Below, piece after piece: positions 50,664 through 61,155 of a stretch of 64,000 nt of DNA. The stretch covers positions 80,559 through 144,558 of the forward strand of contig DACE01000010.1 in the NCBI GenBank assembly GCA_002494645.1. Reading direction: 5' to 3'. Each line of letters opens with the position of its first letter. Within the stretch, counting starts at the first letter, position 1. The position numbers and the translations under genes are program-made. The stretch is from Euryarchaeota archaeon UBA256 (lineage in GTDB: Archaea > Thermoplasmatota > Poseidoniia > Poseidoniales > Poseidoniaceae). The notes below the pieces were generated by a model. That model did no database searches. It was not told where the DNA came from and saw only the letters and a program-made list of their open reading frames with translations.

Positions 50664-51437
50664 TCAGTCTAACGGGGTTGGTTGCTGGCCCTCAATTTGG
50701 GGCTTCCTTCCACGGAATCGACTTGCCATTCCAAATGGATACAGCAGTCGTCCTTGAACTTCATCAAAACCAACCCGCTTCATCATCTTTCGATAGTAGC
50801 CATTTGTACCGTAATGCGTGTAACTTTTTGCGAGCCCTTTCCACGGGTGGTTTTTGTCTTTGGTGATCAGGCGCGCCATGATCTGAACCACCGTATTCAT
50901 CCAGAGAACTCCGAATATTCCATGAAGTTTGTTGGCCTTACCTGCATCACAAATGACCAACTGACCGCCGGGTTTGAGGACGCGGTAGATTTCTCGAAGC
51001 CCTTGCTCCTTATCCTTGAAATCACGGAATGAGAACAAACAAAACACCATGTCAAAGTTGTCATCAGGCAAGGGGATTGACTCAGCGATGGCTTCAACAT
51101 ATGCTGCCGGAGATTCGCCTCGCTGCTGACGAGCGCTATCCACGCGACGTCGTGCGGTTGCGAGCATTTCGGGAGAGGGATCGAGGCAAGTCACATCCAA
51201 GCCCGTTAAATCCTCAGCGAAGGAACCCGGTCCGCAGCCTACTTCGAGAACTTTCATGCCCGGTTTAGCGTGCTGACGAACATTTCTGCGCCATCGCTTG
51301 TCCTGGCCGAATGTCATCCAAGTATTGACTCGGTCATAGTTCGGAATGGTCGCTTCAAGCTGTCCTTCGAGTTCTTCCCATGCCTCAGGATCAATGCCCG
51401 AGGGGTCAAATCCACCCGTAGCGGCCCGCTTGCCCAT
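50664..51437 (-). CDS. UbiE/MenG-family SAM-dependent methyltransferase
   Basis: YDRVNTWMTFGQDKRWR, VLEVGCGPG, DPSPEML, REIYRVLKPGG. Confidence 0.85.
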   Translation of the reverse strand: MGKRAATGGFDPSGIDPEAWEELEGQLEATIPNYDRVNTWMTFGQDKRWRRNVRQHAKPGMKVLEVGCGPGSFAEDLTGLDVTCLDPSPEMLATARRRVDSARQQRGESPAAYVEAIAESIPLPDDNFDMVFCLFSFRDFKDKEQGLREIYRVLKPGGQLVICDAGKANKLHGIFGVLWMNTVVQIMARLITKDKNHPWKGLAKSYTHYGTNGYYRKMMKRVGFDEVQGRLLYPFGMASRFRGRKPQIEGQQPTPLD

Positions 51438-51494
51438 GGCTGTTGGGAACCCCCGACTGTTTTGGACATGTCGTTTCGCACACGATGCTCAGCA

Positions 51495-52298
51495 TCATGC
51501 GATACGTTCGACCGTTTCGGGCGTGATTCCTTCTTCTGGCGTCACGCGGAACACTAAGATTTTGAGATTCTCAGGAGCGTTTCTGAATTTTGAAACGATC
51601 ATTGAATTTTCGAAATCTGTTCCAATTGTCCGTACTTTGAACGAGAGAACCATGTCGGCAATCGAGGACAACTCTTGTTTGATTGAAGGGTTCAGCCCAT
51701 CGGTTGAAACGGATATCATCAACAAACCACGTACCATCTGTGCGTGTGCTTGAAGCATACGAACCATAGAAATGACGCGGGATGGGTCTTCACGCTGCAG
51801 GAAGAAATCCAAGTTGTCCAAGACAGCCCTGAAATAGGGACCACAGCCCATGATTTCATTGGTGACTTCAGTAAGATAATCCTGATTGCTGTCATCTACA
51901 AACCGTGTCTGGGCCAAACGCTGGATGTCTGCCAACTGGAATCCTTCAAGACGGTACCTACTCGCCAAAAGGTCGCGTTCGAGAACGTTGGCGTTATACT
52001 CCTCACCGATGGTTCGAACATTGATGTCAAGAGGCCAATTGTATTTTTTGAAGATACGAGTAATCTCCTGTTGTCCTTCGTCCGTGGTGATGTAGAGCGT
52101 GTTATCTGGTTCTTCAGCGGGAGAAGTGAATTGTTTGGCAAATAATTCGCTACCAGAACCTGTTTCGGTGAACGCGATGATGGTGAAACCTCTTGGGACT
52201 CCTCCGTTCATTTCATTATCGAATTTTGGAACGCCAAAAGAGCCAACGGTGCCAAAAAATTCCTCATCTTCGGGGTCAAAGTCAAATGTTCTTGCCAT
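51495..52298 (-). CDS. KaiC/RecA-superfamily ATPase, degenerate Walker A
   Basis: FGVPKFDNEMNGGVPRG, ETGSGSE, LYITTDE, AVLDNL, IADMV, VSKFRN. Confidence 0.8.
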   Translation of the reverse strand: MARTFDFDPEDEEFFGTVGSFGVPKFDNEMNGGVPRGFTIIAFTETGSGSELFAKQFTSPAEEPDNTLYITTDEGQQEITRIFKKYNWPLDINVRTIGEEYNANVLERDLLASRYRLEGFQLADIQRLAQTRFVDDSNQDYLTEVTNEIMGCGPYFRAVLDNLDFFLQREDPSRVISMVRMLQAHAQMVRGLLMISVSTDGLNPSIKQELSSIADMVLSFKVRTIGTDFENSMIVSKFRNAPENLKILVFRVTPEEGITPETVERIA

Positions 52299-52308
52299 CC
52301 TTCATCCC

Positions 52309-52893
52309 TCACATTAAGACCACTTGGCCACGGTCGACGATATCCGTGCAATACGTGTCGAGATTCGCCAGGACCAGGGGTGGTGTTTGGTCGGGCACGT
52401 TAAGAATTACAGAAAGCACCTCCCGTTGCCGGAAGGTGTTGATGAAGGTGTGAAGGTATTCAGCCAGCATTCGGTCATCGTTGTAAATGGCCAAGGCATT
52501 GACACTGTCAAGGAAGACGAAATTTCGTTGTGAATTCACGGTCCGTAGGACATACAGTGTTCGCAGCAGAGTGCTCTCGAGCATGATGGGGCTATCGATG
52601 AAGGTAATGTTGGGGTATTCCACATCCGTCCCACCGAGTACTCCAGAGGAGACCAAGTCAAGGAAGTGAATGTTGGACACATCGATGCCAACAGCTTCGA
52701 AGGCCTGTATGATTTCAACAGCTCCTCGGCTTGCTGAAATGTAGACACCACCCATCTCAAACATCTGCATGAGTGGAAGAATGGTGCTTGCGGTCACCAT
52801 GAAGGAATTGGATGTACCAACTCGGACTTGAACGGCGCTACCGAGAGAGACTTGAGTGAGTTGTTCTGCGATTCGTTGGTCAAGTTCGAACAT
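52309..52893 (-). CDS. Highly degenerate KaiC/RecA-fold protein
   Basis: GVYISASR, IHFLD, FVFLDSVNAL..YN; no P-loop; ORF open from 52908. Confidence 0.65.
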   Translation of the reverse strand: MFELDQRIAEQLTQVSLGSAVQVRVGTSNSFMVTASTILPLMQMFEMGGVYISASRGAVEIIQAFEAVGIDVSNIHFLDLVSSGVLGGTDVEYPNITFIDSPIMLESTLLRTLYVLRTVNSQRNFVFLDSVNALAIYNDDRMLAEYLHTFINTFRQREVLSVILNVPDQTPPLVLANLDTYCTDIVDRGQVVLM

Positions 52894-52895
52894 AT

Positions 52896-53678
52896 TTATT
52901 GCCCCCATCGCGAGTTTTTGTCACTCGAAGCGCCCCACTTTAGCATCGGAATAAGCATCACTCCCAGCGGCGTTAATTCAATGGCATGCTTGGCCCGACT
53001 ATGGGCAGTTCCGCGCATTTTCACCACTTGAAGGAAGCGAAGTAAATGACCCATCCGTTCTGCGTCGCCCATGACGATAATGCCGTCAGCAATGGCTTCT
53101 TCAACACCAAATGAAGACCAATGGGCGTTTTCTGTTGCAGAAGTAATCTCAGAGATGAGGATGGTCGTACATCCAAGCGTAGCCAATTTCTTTCCCAGCG
53201 TGAAGAGGAAATCTCGAATCAATTGTTCGGATTTAATTTTGTAACAAAGCGTTGTCACGGAATCGATCACAAGGCGCGTCACACCGATGGTGTTCACGAT
53301 GTCAACGATGGATTTGATGAGGGCGTGGACGTCGTCAAGGTCAAATGAAGCCTTATCGAGGCCGAGCCACGAATACAAAACGTCCATATCAAAAACGTTG
53401 ATGAGACCCGAATCGACCATGTTCATGTCAAAAAAGGCATATTGGCGAATGTTTTCAAGCAACTTGACAGAGGGTTCAGTCGCTGTAAAGTGGGCGCAGG
53501 CTTCACCAGCCAATGCGCCACGGACGAGAAATTCCATGGCCAAGGTGGTCTTTCCTGAACCGCAGGTTCCAGCCGCAAGAACCGTTGAACCGTAGGGGAT
53601 GCCCCCTCGTAAAATCTCATCCAACCCGTGGATTCCTGTGACACATCGGTCTCGCGTGTAAGTACTGGTGGATTGCAT
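52896..53678 (-). CDS. Single-domain KaiC-like ATPase (intact motifs)
   Basis: TGIHGLDEILRGGIP, GTCGSGKT, RLVIDS, ISE, GVEEAIADG, VVKMRGTAH. Confidence 0.9.
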   Translation of the reverse strand: MQSTSTYTRDRCVTGIHGLDEILRGGIPYGSTVLAAGTCGSGKTTLAMEFLVRGALAGEACAHFTATEPSVKLLENIRQYAFFDMNMVDSGLINVFDMDVLYSWLGLDKASFDLDDVHALIKSIVDIVNTIGVTRLVIDSVTTLCYKIKSEQLIRDFLFTLGKKLATLGCTTILISEITSATENAHWSSFGVEEAIADGIIVMGDAERMGHLLRFLQVVKMRGTAHSRAKHAIELTPLGVMLIPMLKWGASSDKNSRWGQ

Positions 53679-53745
53679 GGGAACAAGACAGAGGATGGGC
53701 CGAGGGTTGATGAAATGTTTGTACGCAATCAACGCAAAGGGGCCG

Positions 53746-54834
53746 TCAAGAGGGGGGCGTATACTCTCCGGGGGTGGGGTCGTCCTGCAAACTCCAAGAC
53801 GTTGATGAGAACCTGTTGTCTCCATCCCATTCCATGGATTGTCCGGTGACCATGAACAGTCCCGTATTTCCTCCCCATTCAACTCGCATGACGTCAGAGG
53901 GAGTGATTTCTGCGAGTTGCGTGTAACGAAGACTCAACACGCCCTGCCCGTTCGCAAGCCCATCGAGTTGCCCGACTCCAAGGAAGGCATACTGCCCTAG
54001 GTCCAAAACATGGGTTGCGTTTCCAACCTCTTGGCTCGATACATCTCCAGTCATGATTGAAATCGACTTCCCTGAGAGTACTCCCGACTGAAGAAGGAGG
54101 TCGGAAGATGTGGAGCCGCTAACGTGGTTAAGTGACCAACCTTTGAGCGAAATAGCGAAGTCGTTTGGATTGTAGACTTCGATCCATTCTGGCCCACTTG
54201 AGGAGGGGCGGGCCATGACTTCAGTGACATGCAATTGGTTGTTTTTTCGACCGCCATCATGAACTTCTAAAATAACTCGTAATCGCTCGCCATCTTGCTG
54301 GAATGACCGGTAGGCTGTGGACGAGGATGGTGCACTTCCACGCTCCGTCCCCCCCGCAAATAATACCGCGCCCACACGGCTGGAATCCGAACTCTCCTCG
54401 ACCTGGATCTTGAGATAGAGCGTCATATCGTTGTCAAGCCCCAAACCTGCCGCCATTCCCTCTTCGGTGACGTTGTGAAGGGCAGCGATTCGTTCCAAGT
54501 CCAACCTGTACTCCTGCATGAGGCCCGCTTGAACACGACCTTCTGCGAGGGCCTCCGCCGAGACGTGGTGCCATGATTCGGTCGCATTCGCGTAATCCAA
54601 GGATCCGTCAAGAGGGACGAACCAGCCCTCGCTCGAGGTGAGTCGGTCCAGCCCCATCGCTGCAGCACGGTCCAAACGGTCAACGTCAGGGTCGTTGGAG
54701 CCCATTTGCAATTGTGCAAGTGAGAGAAAGGCGGTTAAAATCATCAAAAACAGCGTGAAGGCTGAAAGAAACTCGATGACGGCAGTCAAGCCCCCCTCGT
54801 CTCGCTCCGCCGAGATGACCGGAGCCCTTCGCAT
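53746..54834 (-). CDS. Type IV pilin-like protein with lamin-tail domain
   Basis: RDEGG|LTAVIEFL plus hydrophobic stretch (class III signal-like); LTD motifs VTEVM, EWIEVYNP, LKGWSL, PTPG. Confidence 0.7.
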   Translation of the reverse strand: MRRAPVISAERDEGGLTAVIEFLSAFTLFLMILTAFLSLAQLQMGSNDPDVDRLDRAAAMGLDRLTSSEGWFVPLDGSLDYANATESWHHVSAEALAEGRVQAGLMQEYRLDLERIAALHNVTEEGMAAGLGLDNDMTLYLKIQVEESSDSSRVGAVLFAGGTERGSAPSSSTAYRSFQQDGERLRVILEVHDGGRKNNQLHVTEVMARPSSSGPEWIEVYNPNDFAISLKGWSLNHVSGSTSSDLLLQSGVLSGKSISIMTGDVSSQEVGNATHVLDLGQYAFLGVGQLDGLANGQGVLSLRYTQLAEITPSDVMRVEWGGNTGLFMVTGQSMEWDGDNRFSSTSWSLQDDPTPGEYTPPS

Positions 54835-54992
54835 GGTCCCTCACACTTGGCTGAGATTCATGAGGTTGCCGCAACAAAGGTGCCTTGGCCAGAGATTTCC
54901 GAGAGATCTGACAATCTCGGTGAATACCTGAAAAGATGACTCTACCTCCTTTCTGGAGCGATGAGTCTTTGAAGCACCAATGCGAGGACAAT

Positions 54993-57947
54993 ATGATGAG
55001 CGAGCGCAAGCCATGGGCGAAAACCAACACTAGAGCTAGTTTCGGCTTTGTTCTCCTGCTTCTTTTTTCATCCCTTGGAGCGCTTCTTACTGCACCTGCC
55101 AGTAGCGCGTCGGTCTCGGGTTCACTCGGCTTGACAGACTCTGCGTCCCCCACTGAAGATTCATGGTATTCGGCTTTCGACACCATGACCTTTTCAGTAG
55201 AGGTGAGTAATTTGTACGCAACACCTTCAGCTAACGGTCGTGGTTTGGCTTGGTATGTCTGTGAAGGCGAAGTCACATCCTCCACTTGCAAGTCAAACTT
55301 CGATGAAAAGGGACTCTTTTCAATTGGCAGTTTGCCCGCCTCATCTTCAAACATATTCACCTCAACGGATATGTGGATTCCCGGTGGCAATGCAGAGGGA
55401 GCCTATACGGTCGTGTTCGCCTTTGACCAAAACGACCAGAACCCCTCTGATGATGAGCTGGTGTTCAACATCAACATCACTGAATTTTACATTGATGCAA
55501 TGGTCAACAACTTGCATGACCCTCTTGAAAACATCAACAACTTGGCCACCTATAACGGTAGTAGCATCTTGAACACAGGCACTGATTATACCTTCAATGC
55601 CCGGGGCCAGGCCACGATTTGTGGAGATTGTAGTTTTGATGCTGATTTTGGCTGGCAACTCTGGGACTCAGATGAGACGATGATGTTGCGAGAGGCCTAT
55701 CGGAATATCTCGACCCTGGCCGCATGGGGCGGAATGACACCCTTCAACATCAATCTCCCTGCCTTTTCGTTCAATCAAGAAGGCGAGTACATCATGAAGT
55801 GGGGCGTATTTTCGAGCACTGGAAACCCCCATGGGGACTTGAATCCAAGCAATAACATAGCCTCAACATCACTGGTTCTTGATGATAGCATCGACCTCCA
55901 AGTTGTGGATGTTTATCCCAGCCACAACTCACAAGCATCAACCTTCTATTACGGGACTGACCGAGTCAAAGCCGATATCCTCAATCAAGGGAACATGTCC
56001 ATCGACAATGTCACGGCAGCCTTCGAAGTCTATGACGAGCAATTCCAACTCGAAGTCCAAGATTCCTGCGACATCGCAATGCTTCATCCAGGGGAAAGCG
56101 CAACCTGTTCCTTTAACCTCACGACGACGGGTACGAGTCGCCTGCTGAGGGTTCAACTACCGACCATCTTCCAAGCCGGTGAAGATGCCAGAATGGCTGA
56201 CAATCTCTTTTCGTTCAATGCCGATGTGGAAACTGGAGCGATCAATCCCTATGTGCAAACCAATGCTGAAAACAATATCTATGAGAGTTCTGATGATGTT
56301 GAATTGGTCGGTCGCTTCAGTAGCATTGCCTCGCAGCCGCTCAATTATACATGGAGAGAGGGGTTCTATAATTGGGGACACGGCCAGGTGCTCAATGAAA
56401 CAGGGGAAACTTTTGGCCTTGGCCATCACAGTCTCACTCTTGAGGTGCGTGATCCCTTCGGCAACACAGAATACGCATATGTTGAATTTGATGTTCTTAA
56501 TTCAATCAACCTGAGTGTAGAACCCTATTGGACGGGTTATGCCGTAACCGAACAGGAGGCTGACGTAGAACATGAAATTGCTCTACCTTACCTCGGCAGC
56601 AATTACGGGATTGGTGAAGGAAAATCACCTCTCATGATGATTTCCATTGATATTATACCAGCAACAGGTAATGAGATCGTCTTGCGAGAGTTGTATTTGG
56701 ACATGAATTTGAGTGAATTACTCCCTGGTAACATTGACCTATCAACCGTAGATTTGCGCTACCTTCCCACCCTTAGTTCGACCCTCTGGACCTACATTGA
56801 TGGCGTTGACACCTATGAGATCAGCGAGGCTGGAATTGCAAGCCTCTCGTTAACAAAAGACGGTGTTATCCTCATCGTTGGCGTTCTACCCGAAACCAAT
56901 GTAACGGTTGACAATCTGAACTGGACGCGTTTAGCAGGCGGGCAAATTGAACTTAATTGGACCGCTGTTGGAGATATCACGAATCCATATGTTGGAGGTT
57001 GGAACATCTACAAACTGCAAGGCGTGAGCGGTACTACCTTCTTCCCTGACCCTAACGCAGGCATCAATGAAGACATCTGGGAAGAATTAACCGGTGAATC
57101 CTTCGCCACGACCATGGCACTTAGCGATGAATCATGGCTTGACCCTGAGCCATTACCGACTGGTATTTGTGCATCGTATGCCATTCTCCCGATTGACCGA
57201 GAAGGAAACCCAAATTACGAGATGGCTGAAATTGCCAGAAACAATGGTGCTCCTGGCCTTCTATGTGGCGATGCAATCCCACCAACAACTTCGATAATCC
57301 AATTCAATCATGAATGGCAATTTACAAACGACACCGACTGCTTTGACTACAAGAAAGACTGGTCCTTGTGCTACGTTGTTAACCTAACTTGGATTTGGCC
57401 CGACCATGAAGCACAAGGTGAACTCAAGTGGAATCTCTATCGCTTGGAATATGCCCCCAGTAACGTCGACCTGAAATTCATCAATCCGATTGCGGCTGGA
57501 CTTTCGGGTACACCTGGCGAGCAAGGTACCTTCAATCAGAGCGGCATGCAGATTGACGGCATTCAACCTTACCGAACCTACTACTATGTTCTCGCCCCCA
57601 TTGATAGCGTTGGTAATGAGCAAATGATTGCTAATTATCCATCCGATAATGTTGAACGTGTCTCCATTCAAGACGACTGGTGGACCTACAACCAACACCT
57701 TATCCCACCAGAACCTGAACCCCCTGAACCACCTCTGGGCATTCCATGGTTGCAAAAATTAAACGATGCGACCCAGGTGAGTGAATTTCAATTCGCTGGA
57801 TTTGCACTGCTGGGGATTTTCGTCCTCAACGCCATTCTTCTTCCACTCCTTCTCAAGAAGCGGAAGCGCCTCAAGCGAGTGATGGAGGCCCGAAAGCGCA
57901 ATCGTTCGAAAGATTACGATAGCGAATTCGACGATTTCTTCGAATGA
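54993..57947 (+). CDS. Large secreted, membrane-anchored Ig/CARDB/FnIII-like surface protein
   Basis: Signal peptide; DQNPSDD, DLNPSNN, NQG, ADN CARDB-like motifs; W...WNIY...YAI FnIII-like motifs; Pro linker, TM helix, basic tail. Confidence 0.75.
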   Translation: MMSERKPWAKTNTRASFGFVLLLLFSSLGALLTAPASSASVSGSLGLTDSASPTEDSWYSAFDTMTFSVEVSNLYATPSANGRGLAWYVCEGEVTSSTCKSNFDEKGLFSIGSLPASSSNIFTSTDMWIPGGNAEGAYTVVFAFDQNDQNPSDDELVFNINITEFYIDAMVNNLHDPLENINNLATYNGSSILNTGTDYTFNARGQATICGDCSFDADFGWQLWDSDETMMLREAYRNISTLAAWGGMTPFNINLPAFSFNQEGEYIMKWGVFSSTGNPHGDLNPSNNIASTSLVLDDSIDLQVVDVYPSHNSQASTFYYGTDRVKADILNQGNMSIDNVTAAFEVYDEQFQLEVQDSCDIAMLHPGESATCSFNLTTTGTSRLLRVQLPTIFQAGEDARMADNLFSFNADVETGAINPYVQTNAENNIYESSDDVELVGRFSSIASQPLNYTWREGFYNWGHGQVLNETGETFGLGHHSLTLEVRDPFGNTEYAYVEFDVLNSINLSVEPYWTGYAVTEQEADVEHEIALPYLGSNYGIGEGKSPLMMISIDIIPATGNEIVLRELYLDMNLSELLPGNIDLSTVDLRYLPTLSSTLWTYIDGVDTYEISEAGIASLSLTKDGVILIVGVLPETNVTVDNLNWTRLAGGQIELNWTAVGDITNPYVGGWNIYKLQGVSGTTFFPDPNAGINEDIWEELTGESFATTMALSDESWLDPEPLPTGICASYAILPIDREGNPNYEMAEIARNNGAPGLLCGDAIPPTTSIIQFNHEWQFTNDTDCFDYKKDWSLCYVVNLTWIWPDHEAQGELKWNLYRLEYAPSNVDLKFINPIAAGLSGTPGEQGTFNQSGMQIDGIQPYRTYYYVLAPIDSVGNEQMIANYPSDNVERVSIQDDWWTYNQHLIPPEPEPPEPPLGIPWLQKLNDATQVSEFQFAGFALLGIFVLNAILLPLLLKKRKRLKRVMEARKRNRSKDYDSEFDDFFE

Positions 57948-57951
57948 GTAT

Positions 57952-58038
57952 TGGCGCGGCAGGGGAGATTCGAACTCCCGAGGTGAGACACCACTGGATT
58001 AGCAATCCAGCGCAATGGCCAGGCTATGCGACTGCCGC
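57952..58038 (-). tRNA. tRNA-Ser(GCT) with encoded CCA
   Basis: GCGGCAG/CTGCCGC acceptor stem, CTGGA-TTGCTAA-TCCAG anticodon arm, GGTG-TCT-CACC variable arm, GTTCGAATC T-loop, G discriminator then CCA; no intron. Confidence 0.96.
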
Positions 58039-58105
58039 TCGCAAACTTGGCGACCAAAGGTCTTCTCATGAACATGACGGTGGTCAAGACTTCATTCTCA
58101 AAGCC

Positions 58106-59125
58106 TCAAAGGGGCCCAAGTACCCCGAGCATCGAACTGGGGATGAAGATGATCAAAACAAGCGAAAGGAACATCCAACCGAGGTAATACAAGCTCCTGA
58201 AGAAGGACTTCGCTGCTTTGGGCATTCGGCCCTGTTCGTCAAAGGCTTCGTGTGGGTCAATCGCCCATACAGATGCGGAATACCATAGCGTCAAGCCACC
58301 CGAGACAAAAGCCCACAGAAGAGGTAGGCCAGAATCAGGCCAAAAGCACGGTACAGAACCCAGCAAAAAGAGCAAGATACAATAGAATTTGGCTTGTTTG
58401 AGCGTATATTCAGGCCCCTTAACTTCATTCATCATTGGAATGTTAACCTTCCCGTATTCGCCAGAGCGATAGAGGGCAAGGGCCCAGAAATGAGGGGGTG
58501 TCCACAGGAAGATGAGAAAAAAGAACACCCAAGGAATCGGAGATCCAAGAGCAAGTACACTGCCTCTCGCAATAGACTCACCTGCTGCTGCTGCCCATCC
58601 AATCAAGGGAGGTGTAGCCCCTGCGATACCACCAATGACAATGTTTTGTGGTGTACGACGTTTGAGCCACATCGAATAAACAAAAACGTAGAAAAGCACT
58701 GAGAAAAATGACCAAAACGCTGCCTTCACACTCACCAAGAGAAACAAGGCCGAGCCGAGCAGTGCAATGGTACTCCCAAACGCGAGGGCAAATTGTGGTG
58801 TTGCATGGCCTTGTGGGATAGGCCGGTTCATGGTTCGCCGCATGTGCGGGTCGATGTCAGCATCGTACCACATGTTGATGGCGTTTGAGCCACCTGCAGA
58901 AAGGGTTCCACCCACAACGGTGAGGGCAATGGTTCCAAGTGTATCTGTCCACGAACGATCAAGTTGGATGACATCGTAGCGGGCGAGGGTATCGTGCACT
59001 AATATTGCACAAATCGCCGTGATCTGCAGCAAGACAATGACTCGGAGTTTCATCAGACGAATCATGACCTTGAACAGACCAGGGTAGTCAAGTTCAGTAC
59101 CTTTTTCGGGCTCTGGACCGGTCAT
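58106..59125 (-). CDS. ctaB: Protoheme IX farnesyltransferase (heme O synthase)
   Basis: NMWYDADID..MRRT.NRP, LKRRTPQNIVIGG, WTPPHFWALA. Confidence 0.95.
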   Translation of the reverse strand: MTGPEPEKGTELDYPGLFKVMIRLMKLRVIVLLQITAICAILVHDTLARYDVIQLDRSWTDTLGTIALTVVGGTLSAGGSNAINMWYDADIDPHMRRTMNRPIPQGHATPQFALAFGSTIALLGSALFLLVSVKAAFWSFFSVLFYVFVYSMWLKRRTPQNIVIGGIAGATPPLIGWAAAAGESIARGSVLALGSPIPWVFFFLIFLWTPPHFWALALYRSGEYGKVNIPMMNEVKGPEYTLKQAKFYCILLFLLGSVPCFWPDSGLPLLWAFVSGGLTLWYSASVWAIDPHEAFDEQGRMPKAAKSFFRSLYYLGWMFLSLVLIIFIPSSMLGVLGPL

Positions 59126-60192
59126 TCTTGCTCAGCCCCGAAGGTTTGTTCTGACGCTTGGCAAAAACGCATGCAGAACATCAAAAATACGGCTGAAAGG
59201 AAGGCGCCTACACCCACCACAAGGTGAAGAAGAGAAAGCCATTCTGGGAAATCGCCTACCTTTGCGAAAACGATGTAGGACCCGCCCACCATGACGTTGA
59301 GAAGCCAAATTCCAGTCGTGATTTCTCCAAAACGAACCAATTCCTTTGCTCCGTCTCGCTCTTGGGCTGACGTACGAAGGTTTGAAACACCAAGAATGAG
59401 GACCAAACCGACCACAAGAGCACCAAACCGATGAATCATCTGAATGAAAATCCCAGGGCCTTCGAGGGAGGGAAGGAAGGACCCTTGGCATTGAGGCCAG
59501 CCCGTCGGGAAGCCAACCGAGCAACTTTGGTTGTATTGACCTCCAGCAGAAGAAGAAACCCATGCACCGAGAACCAGCAATAAACCCACTGCACCTGCCA
59601 TTGCATTCGCTCGAGAGATATGGGCGTTGACGAAGTCCTGTGGTGAACGAAGGAAGGCCCAACGCACTCCTTCCCGAATTCTCATCTCCATAAATTGCCA
59701 AATCAAGCCTGCTGTGAAGACACAAGCAAGGGAAAGGTGGAGCGCGACGGTCCAGTCTGCGTTATCGTAACGTACGGTAATGTAACCTGCAGTGGCTTGA
59801 ACAACCAACAAGACAGCGGAAAACATCGAACTCTGGACGACCCGCTTGCCGTAGGTCTTTTGCGACCGAAGGGCCATCACCACGTTGTAGATAATGGGGA
59901 GGGCGATGAGGCCAACCAAAAGCCGATGGAACCATTCAACAAAGATTTGGAAGGTTGTGTAACGGTGATCTTCACCACGGGAATCAATTTCTTCAGGATT
60001 CGCATCCCAGTAGGCTTCCTGCTCTTCTTCGGATACATCAAAATGCCAGGTTCCAAAGCAGGTCGGCCATTCAGGACAGGACTCACCAGCGTCGTTGATT
60101 CGTATGCTTCCCCCGACGATGACAATGAGGAGGGCCATCACGGCGAGAACAAGCGGTAAGGTCGACGGGCGACGCCAAACCGATTCTTCCAT
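59122..60192 (-). CDS. ctaA: Heme A synthase (COX15/CtaA)
   Basis: GESCPEWPTC, EWFHR, ALHL, C..G..WPQC, QMIHR, LLHL; ATG 60192 preferred. Confidence 0.92.
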   Translation of the reverse strand: MEESVWRRPSTLPLVLAVMALLIVIVGGSIRINDAGESCPEWPTCFGTWHFDVSEEEQEAYWDANPEEIDSRGEDHRYTTFQIFVEWFHRLLVGLIALPIIYNVVMALRSQKTYGKRVVQSSMFSAVLLVVQATAGYITVRYDNADWTVALHLSLACVFTAGLIWQFMEMRIREGVRWAFLRSPQDFVNAHISRANAMAGAVGLLLVLGAWVSSSAGGQYNQSCSVGFPTGWPQCQGSFLPSLEGPGIFIQMIHRFGALVVGLVLILGVSNLRTSAQERDGAKELVRFGEITTGIWLLNVMVGGSYIVFAKVGDFPEWLSLLHLVVGVGAFLSAVFLMFCMRFCQASEQTFGAEQE

Positions 60193-60225
60193 GTTGCACC
60201 GTGGGAGCAGACCCCTTTTGAACAA

Positions 60226-61155
60226 ATGCCTCCACCCCTGTGCATGGGGTCGGCCTTTCGCTTGGCTATGATGCTCATCGTTTTGTTGTGTATACCCTCC
60301 ACTCTTTCCCAATCCCAATCCGTTGAAGAACGTACAGAACAACCCCGTGGGCAGCTCCTTGATATCCGCTATATCTCATACGAATGCCTCACCTCATCAA
60401 CGTGTGAACCTTCTCAACCTGAGCACCTCATCGAATACTTTAGTGCAGATTGGTGCGAACCGTGCCTCCAAGTCTCGGACCAGTTGAACAACTATAGCGA
60501 AAACGGGAGCATCATCCTTCAACATCATCCTTCAGCTTTGGATGAAACATTCCTCTCCGCTTCCAAATTACGCTTTGACACTGAATATCGGTTGCTGTTT
60601 TATCCCTCCATCGTGGTTGACGGTTCTTTCCTGCTGACGGGCTCACGCCAAGCCATGGACCTCAACACAACGCTCGATAATTCAAGCACAAACTGGAGTG
60701 GTTTTAATTCTATAGAATACTCTAATGGGACGCTCTCATGGGATACTTCAACAGGAGAACTGGTGCGGATTTGGCAACTTGAACCAACACCGCATACCAC
60801 TCTTGACCGAACGCATGCTCGTCTTGCTCAGCAATTCATAGTTCACTCGACCAATACCTCATCGATATCCCTGAATGCTAGCACCCTTCCTGAACATAGC
60901 GCCTTTGTAGTGATGCTCGAAAACAAAGGAATACGCCAACTCAGTGCTGGTTCTCTAGCACCCACTGGCCTCGTGGATGTTAGTCCTGACAATGATGTCA
61001 TGGCAGACCAAGAATCCTCGCTTCGTCCGTCTTCTCTGGCCCTCATTGTAGCCGGCTTGCTGATGGCTTTGCTGGCCCCAGCAATTCTCCTTCAACGCAA
61101 CGAGATGATGCGAAAGCGTCAACGAGATGTCGTGATACGACAGGCAAAAGAGTGA
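60226..61155 (+). CDS. Secreted, membrane-anchored thioredoxin-fold protein
   Basis: Signal peptide, [21 protein letters not shown]-terminal TM helix. Confidence 0.75.
   Translation: MPPPLCMGSAFRLAMMLIVLLCIPSTLSQSQSVEERTEQPRGQLLDIRYISYECLTSSTCEPSQPEHLIEYFSADWCEPCLQVSDQLNNYSENGSIILQHHPSALDETFLSASKLRFDTEYRLLFYPSIVVDGSFLLTGSRQAMDLNTTLDNSSTNWSGFNSIEYSNGTLSWDTSTGELVRIWQLEPTPHTTLDRTHARLAQQFIVHSTNTSSISLNASTLPEHSAFVVMLENKGIRQLSAGSLAPTGLVDVSPDNDVMADQESSLRPSSLALIVAGLLMALLAPAILLQRNEMMRKRQRDVVIRQAKE

Noticed and set aside
54686-55390. 234-aa minus-strand ORF
   Set aside because: Overlaps two better-supported genes and has no recognisable motifs.
57952-58038. tRNA as an integration site for a genomic island
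   Set aside because: No duplicated tRNA 3' end and no integrase seen; the flanks look like core genes.
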